DNA from: Eledone cirrhosa
Taxonomy: Eukaryota
Length of the DNA: 64,000 nucleotides
NCBI GenBank assembly: GCA_964016885.1
Contig: OZ024744.1
Coordinates: 129,580,001 to 129,644,000 of the forward strand
Direction: 5' to 3'
The translations under genes and the position numbers were made by a program. Under the pieces are notes generated by a model. It worked only from the letters and a program-made list of their open reading frames with translations, was not told the origin of the DNA and ran no database searches. This document shows positions 60,401 through 64,000 of the stretch, piece after piece (the stretch's first letter is position 1; every line of letters begins with the position of its first letter).

Positions 60401-63400
60401 GGGTTAAGTTAAGGTGGGGTTAAGTTAAGTTGGGGTCAACTTAAGTTGGGGTTAAGTTAAGTTGGGGTTAAGTTAAGTTGGGGTTAAGTTAAGTTGGGGT
60501 TAAGTTAAGTTGGGGTTACGTTAAGTTGGGGGTAAGTTAAGTTGGTGGTAAGTTAAGTTGGGGGTAAGTTAAGATGGGGTTAAGTTAAGTTGGGGTTAAT
60601 TTAATTTGGGGTTAAGTTAAGTTAGGGTTAAGTTAAGTTGGGGTTATGTTAAGTTGGGGTTAAGTTAAGTTGGGGTTAAGTTAAGTTGGGGTTCAATTAA
60701 GTTGCGGTTAATTTAAGTTGGGTTTAAGTTAAGTTGGGGTTAAGTTAAGTTGGGGTTATGTTAAGTTGGTGTTAAGTTAAGTTGGGGTTAAGTTAAGTTG
60801 GGGTTAAGTTAAGTTGGGGTTAAGTTAGGTTGGTGTTAAGTTAAGTTGGCGGTAAGTTAAGTTGGGGGTAAGTTAAGTTGGTGTTAAGTTATGTTGGGGT
60901 TAAGTTAAGTTGGGGTTAAGTTAAGTTGGGTTTAAGTTAAGTTGGGGCTAAGTTAAGTTAGGGCTAAGTTAAGTTGGGGTTAAGTAAAGTTAGGGCTAAG
61001 TTAAGTTGGGGTTAAGTTAAGTTGGGGTTAAGTTAAGTTGGGGTTACATTAAGTTGAGGTTAAGTTAAGTTGGGGTTAAGTTAAGTTGGGTTTAAGTTAA
61101 GTTGGGGCTAAGTTAAGTTAGGGCTAAGTTAAGTTGGGGCTGAGTTAAGTTGGGGTTAAGTTAAGTTGGGGTTGAGTTAAGTTGGGGTTAAGTTAAGTTG
61201 GGGTTAAGTTAAGTTGGGGCTGAGTTAAGTTGGGGTTACGTTAAGTTGGGGTTAAGGTAAGTTGGGGCTGAGTTAAGTTGGGGCTAAGCTAAGTTGGGTC
61301 TAAGTTAAGTTGGGGTTAAGTTAAGTTGGGGTTAAGTTAAGTTGGTGTTAAATTAAGTTGGGGTTAAGTTAAGTTGGTGTTAAGTTAAGTTGAGGTTAAG
61401 TTAAGTTGGGGTTAATTAAGTTGGGGTTAAGTTAAGTTGGGGTTAAGTTAATTGGGGTTAAATTAAGTTAGGGTTGAGTTAAGTTGGGGTTAAGTTAAGT
61501 TGGGGTTATATTAAGTTGGGGTTAAGTTAAGTTGGGGTTAAGTAAAGTTGGGGTTCAGTTAAGTTGCGGTTAAGTTAAGTTGGGGTTAAGTTAAGTTAGG
61601 CTTAACTTAAGTTGGGGTTAAGTTAAGTTGGGGGTGAGTTAAGTTGGGGGTAAGTTAAGTTGGGGTTAAGTTAAGTTGGGGTTAAGTTGGGGTTAAGTTA
61701 ATTTAGGGTTAAGTTAAGTTGGGGTTGAGTTAAGTTGGTGTTAAGTTAAGTGGTGGTTATGTTAAGTTGGGGTTAAGTTAAGTTGGGGTTAATTTAAATT
61801 GGGGTTAATTTAACTTTGTGGTTAAGTTAAGTTGGGGTTAATTTAAGTTGGGTTTAAGTTAAGTTGGGGTTAATTTAATTTTTGGTTAAGTTAAGTTGGG
61901 GTTAAGTTAAGTTGGGGTTGAGTTAAGCTGGGGTTAAGTTAAGTTGGGGTTAAAATAAGTTGGGGTTAAGTTAAGTTGGGGTTGAGTTAAGTTGGGGTTG
62001 AGTTAATTCGGGGTTAAGTTAAGTTGGGGTTAACTTAAGTTGGGTTTAATTTAAGTTGGGGTTAAGTTAAGTTGGGGTTATAATTAAGTTGGGGTTAAGT
62101 TAAGTTGGGGGTAAGATAAGTTGGGGTTAGTTAAGTTGCGGTTAAGTTAAGTTGGGGTTAAGTTAAGTTGGGGTTAAGTTAAGTTGGGGTTAAGTTAAGT
62201 TGGGGTTAATTTAAGTTGGGGTTAATTTAAGTTGGGGTAAAGTTAAGTTGGGGGTAAGTTAAGTTGGGGTTAAGTTAAGTTGGGGTTAAGTTGGGGTTAA
62301 GTTAAGTTAGGGTTAACTTAAGTTGGGGTTGTGTTAAGTGGTGGTTATGTTAAGTGGTGCTTATGTTAAGTTGGGGTTAAGTTAAGTTGGGGTTAAGTTA
62401 AATTGGGGTTAAGTTAAGTTGCGGTTAAGTTAAGTTGGGGTTAAGTTAAGTTGGGGTTAAGTTAATTAGGGTTAAGTTAAGTTGGGGTTAAGTTAAGTTG
62501 GGGTTAAGTTAAGTTGGGGTTAAGTTAATTTGTGGTTAAGTTAAGTTGGGGTTAAGTTAAGTTGGGGTTAAGTTAAGTTGGGGATAAGTTAAGTTGAGGA
62601 TAATTTAAGTTGGGGTTAATAAAGTTGGCTTTAAGTTAAGTTGGGGTTAAGTTAAGTTGGGGTTAAGTTAAGTTGGGGTTAAGTTAAGTTGGTTAGTTAA
62701 GTTGAGTTTAAGTTAAGTTGGGGTTAATTTAAGTTGGGGTTAAGTTAAGTTGGGGTTAAGTTAAGTTGGGGTTAAGTTAAGTTGGGGTTCAGTTAAGTTG
62801 GGGTTAAGTTAAGTTGGGGTTAAGTTGGGGTAAAATTAAGTTGGGGTTAAGTTAAGTTGCGGTTAAGTTAAGTTGAGGTTAAGTTAAGTTGGGGTTAAGT
62901 TAAGTTGGGGTTAAGTGAAGTTGGGGCTAAGTTAAGTTGGAGGTAAGTTAAGTTGGGGCTAAGTTAAGTTGGGGTTAAGTTAAGTTGGGGTTAAGTTAAG
63001 GTGGGGATAAGTTAAGTTGGGGTCAACTTAAGTTGGGGTTAATTTAAGTTGGGGTTAACTTAAGTTGGGGTTAAGTTAAGTTGGGGTTAAGTTAAGTTGG
63101 GGTTAAGTTAAGTTGGGGTTACGTTAAGTTGGGGGTAAGTTAAGTTGGGGTTAATTTAATTTGGGGTTAATTTAATTTGGGGTTAAGTTAAGTTAGGGTT
63201 AAGTTAAGTTGGGGTTGAGTTAAGTTGGGGTTAAGTTAAGTTGGGGTTATGTTAAGTTGGGGTTAAGTTAAGTTGGGGTTAAGTTAAGTTGGGGTTGAGT
63301 TAAGTTGGGGTTAAGTTAAGTTGGGGTTATGTTAAGTTGGGGTTAAGTTAAGTTGGGGTTAAGTTAAGTTGGGGTTCAATTAAGTTGCGGTTAATTTAAG

Positions 63401-64000
63401 TTGGGGTTAAGTTAAGTTGGGGTTAAGTTAAGTTGGGGTTAAGTTAAGTTGGGGTTAAATTAAGTTGGGGTTAAATTAAGTTGGGGTTAAGTTAAGTTGG
63501 GGTTATGTTAAGTTGGTGTTAAGTTAAGTTGGGGTTAAGTTAAGTTGGGGTTAAGTTAGGTTGGTGTTAATTTAAGTTGGGGTTAAGTTAAGTTGGGGTT
63601 AAGTTAAGTTGGTTAGTTAAGTTGAGTTTAAGTTAAGTTGGGGTTAATTTAAGTTGGGGTTAAGTTAAGTTGGGGTTAAGTTAAGTTGGGGTTAAGTTAA
63701 GTTGGGGTTCAGTTAAGTTGGGGTTAAGTTAAGTTGGGGTTAAGTTAAGTTGCGGTTAAGTTAAGTTGCCGTTAAGTTAAGTTGAGGTTAAGTTAAGTTG
63801 GGGTTAAGTTAAGTTGGGGTTAAGTTAAGTTGGGGCTAAGTTAAGTTGGGGCTGAGTTAAGTTGGGGCTAAGTTAAGTTGGGGTTAAGTTAAATTTGGGT
63901 TAAGTTAAGTTGGGTTTGAGTTAAGTTGGGGTTAATTAAGTTGGGGTTAAGTTAAGTTGGGGTTAAGTTAAGTTGGGTTTAAGTTGGGGTTAAGTTAAGT

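Larger units (their letters stand above)
19514..64000 (+). repeat. 16-bp satellite array segment 3 with nested higher-order repeats; runs off the right edge of the window
   Basis: Uninterrupted 16-bp periodicity for 44 kb apart from one short inverted tract; recurrent ordered variant strings. Confidence 0.98.

Noticed and set aside
1-64000. Protein-coding ORFs
   Set aside because: TTAA occurs twice per 16-mer, giving TAA stops in all frames on both strands; even under a TAA-readthrough (ciliate) code the products would be trivial repeats broken by indels and TGA variants
1-64000. Pure sequencing or basecalling artefact
   Set aside because: Specific variant strings, indels and junctions recur identically at distant positions with small private differences, which random error would not produce; copy number still needs read validation
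1-64000. Assignment to a named satellite family or organism
   Set aside because: I do not recognise either monomer with confidence; a database search is required

Overview
The window is entirely non-coding eukaryotic-type tandem repeat DNA, with no genes, RNA genes or CRISPR arrays. About 92% is a 16-bp G-strand-biased, telomere-like satellite with consensus TTAAGTTAAGTTGGGG (5+5+6 substructure), almost all in one orientation. Its point variants recur in fixed order, giving nested higher-order repeats: a ~1.1-kb cassette, ~3.3/4.3-kb modules and a near-identical ~15.2-15.4-kb tandem duplication (~23.8-39.2 kb and ~39.2-54.4 kb). Two AT-rich islands (7955-10895 and 17457-19513) interrupt the array. 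Each is built from a ~37-bp monomer carrying the perfect 18-bp palindrome AGGTTTTTCGAAAAACCT, plus 5 or 3 copies of a ~260-bp unit with nested inverted repeats (MITE/foldback-like). Two short inverted satellite tracts (11676-11923 and 22061-22293) are fold-back inverted duplications that mirror unique variants just upstream. The overall picture is a recombination-maintained telomeric/subtelomeric or centromeric satellite. The organism and function cannot be determined from sequence alone, and all coordinates and counts were read by eye.
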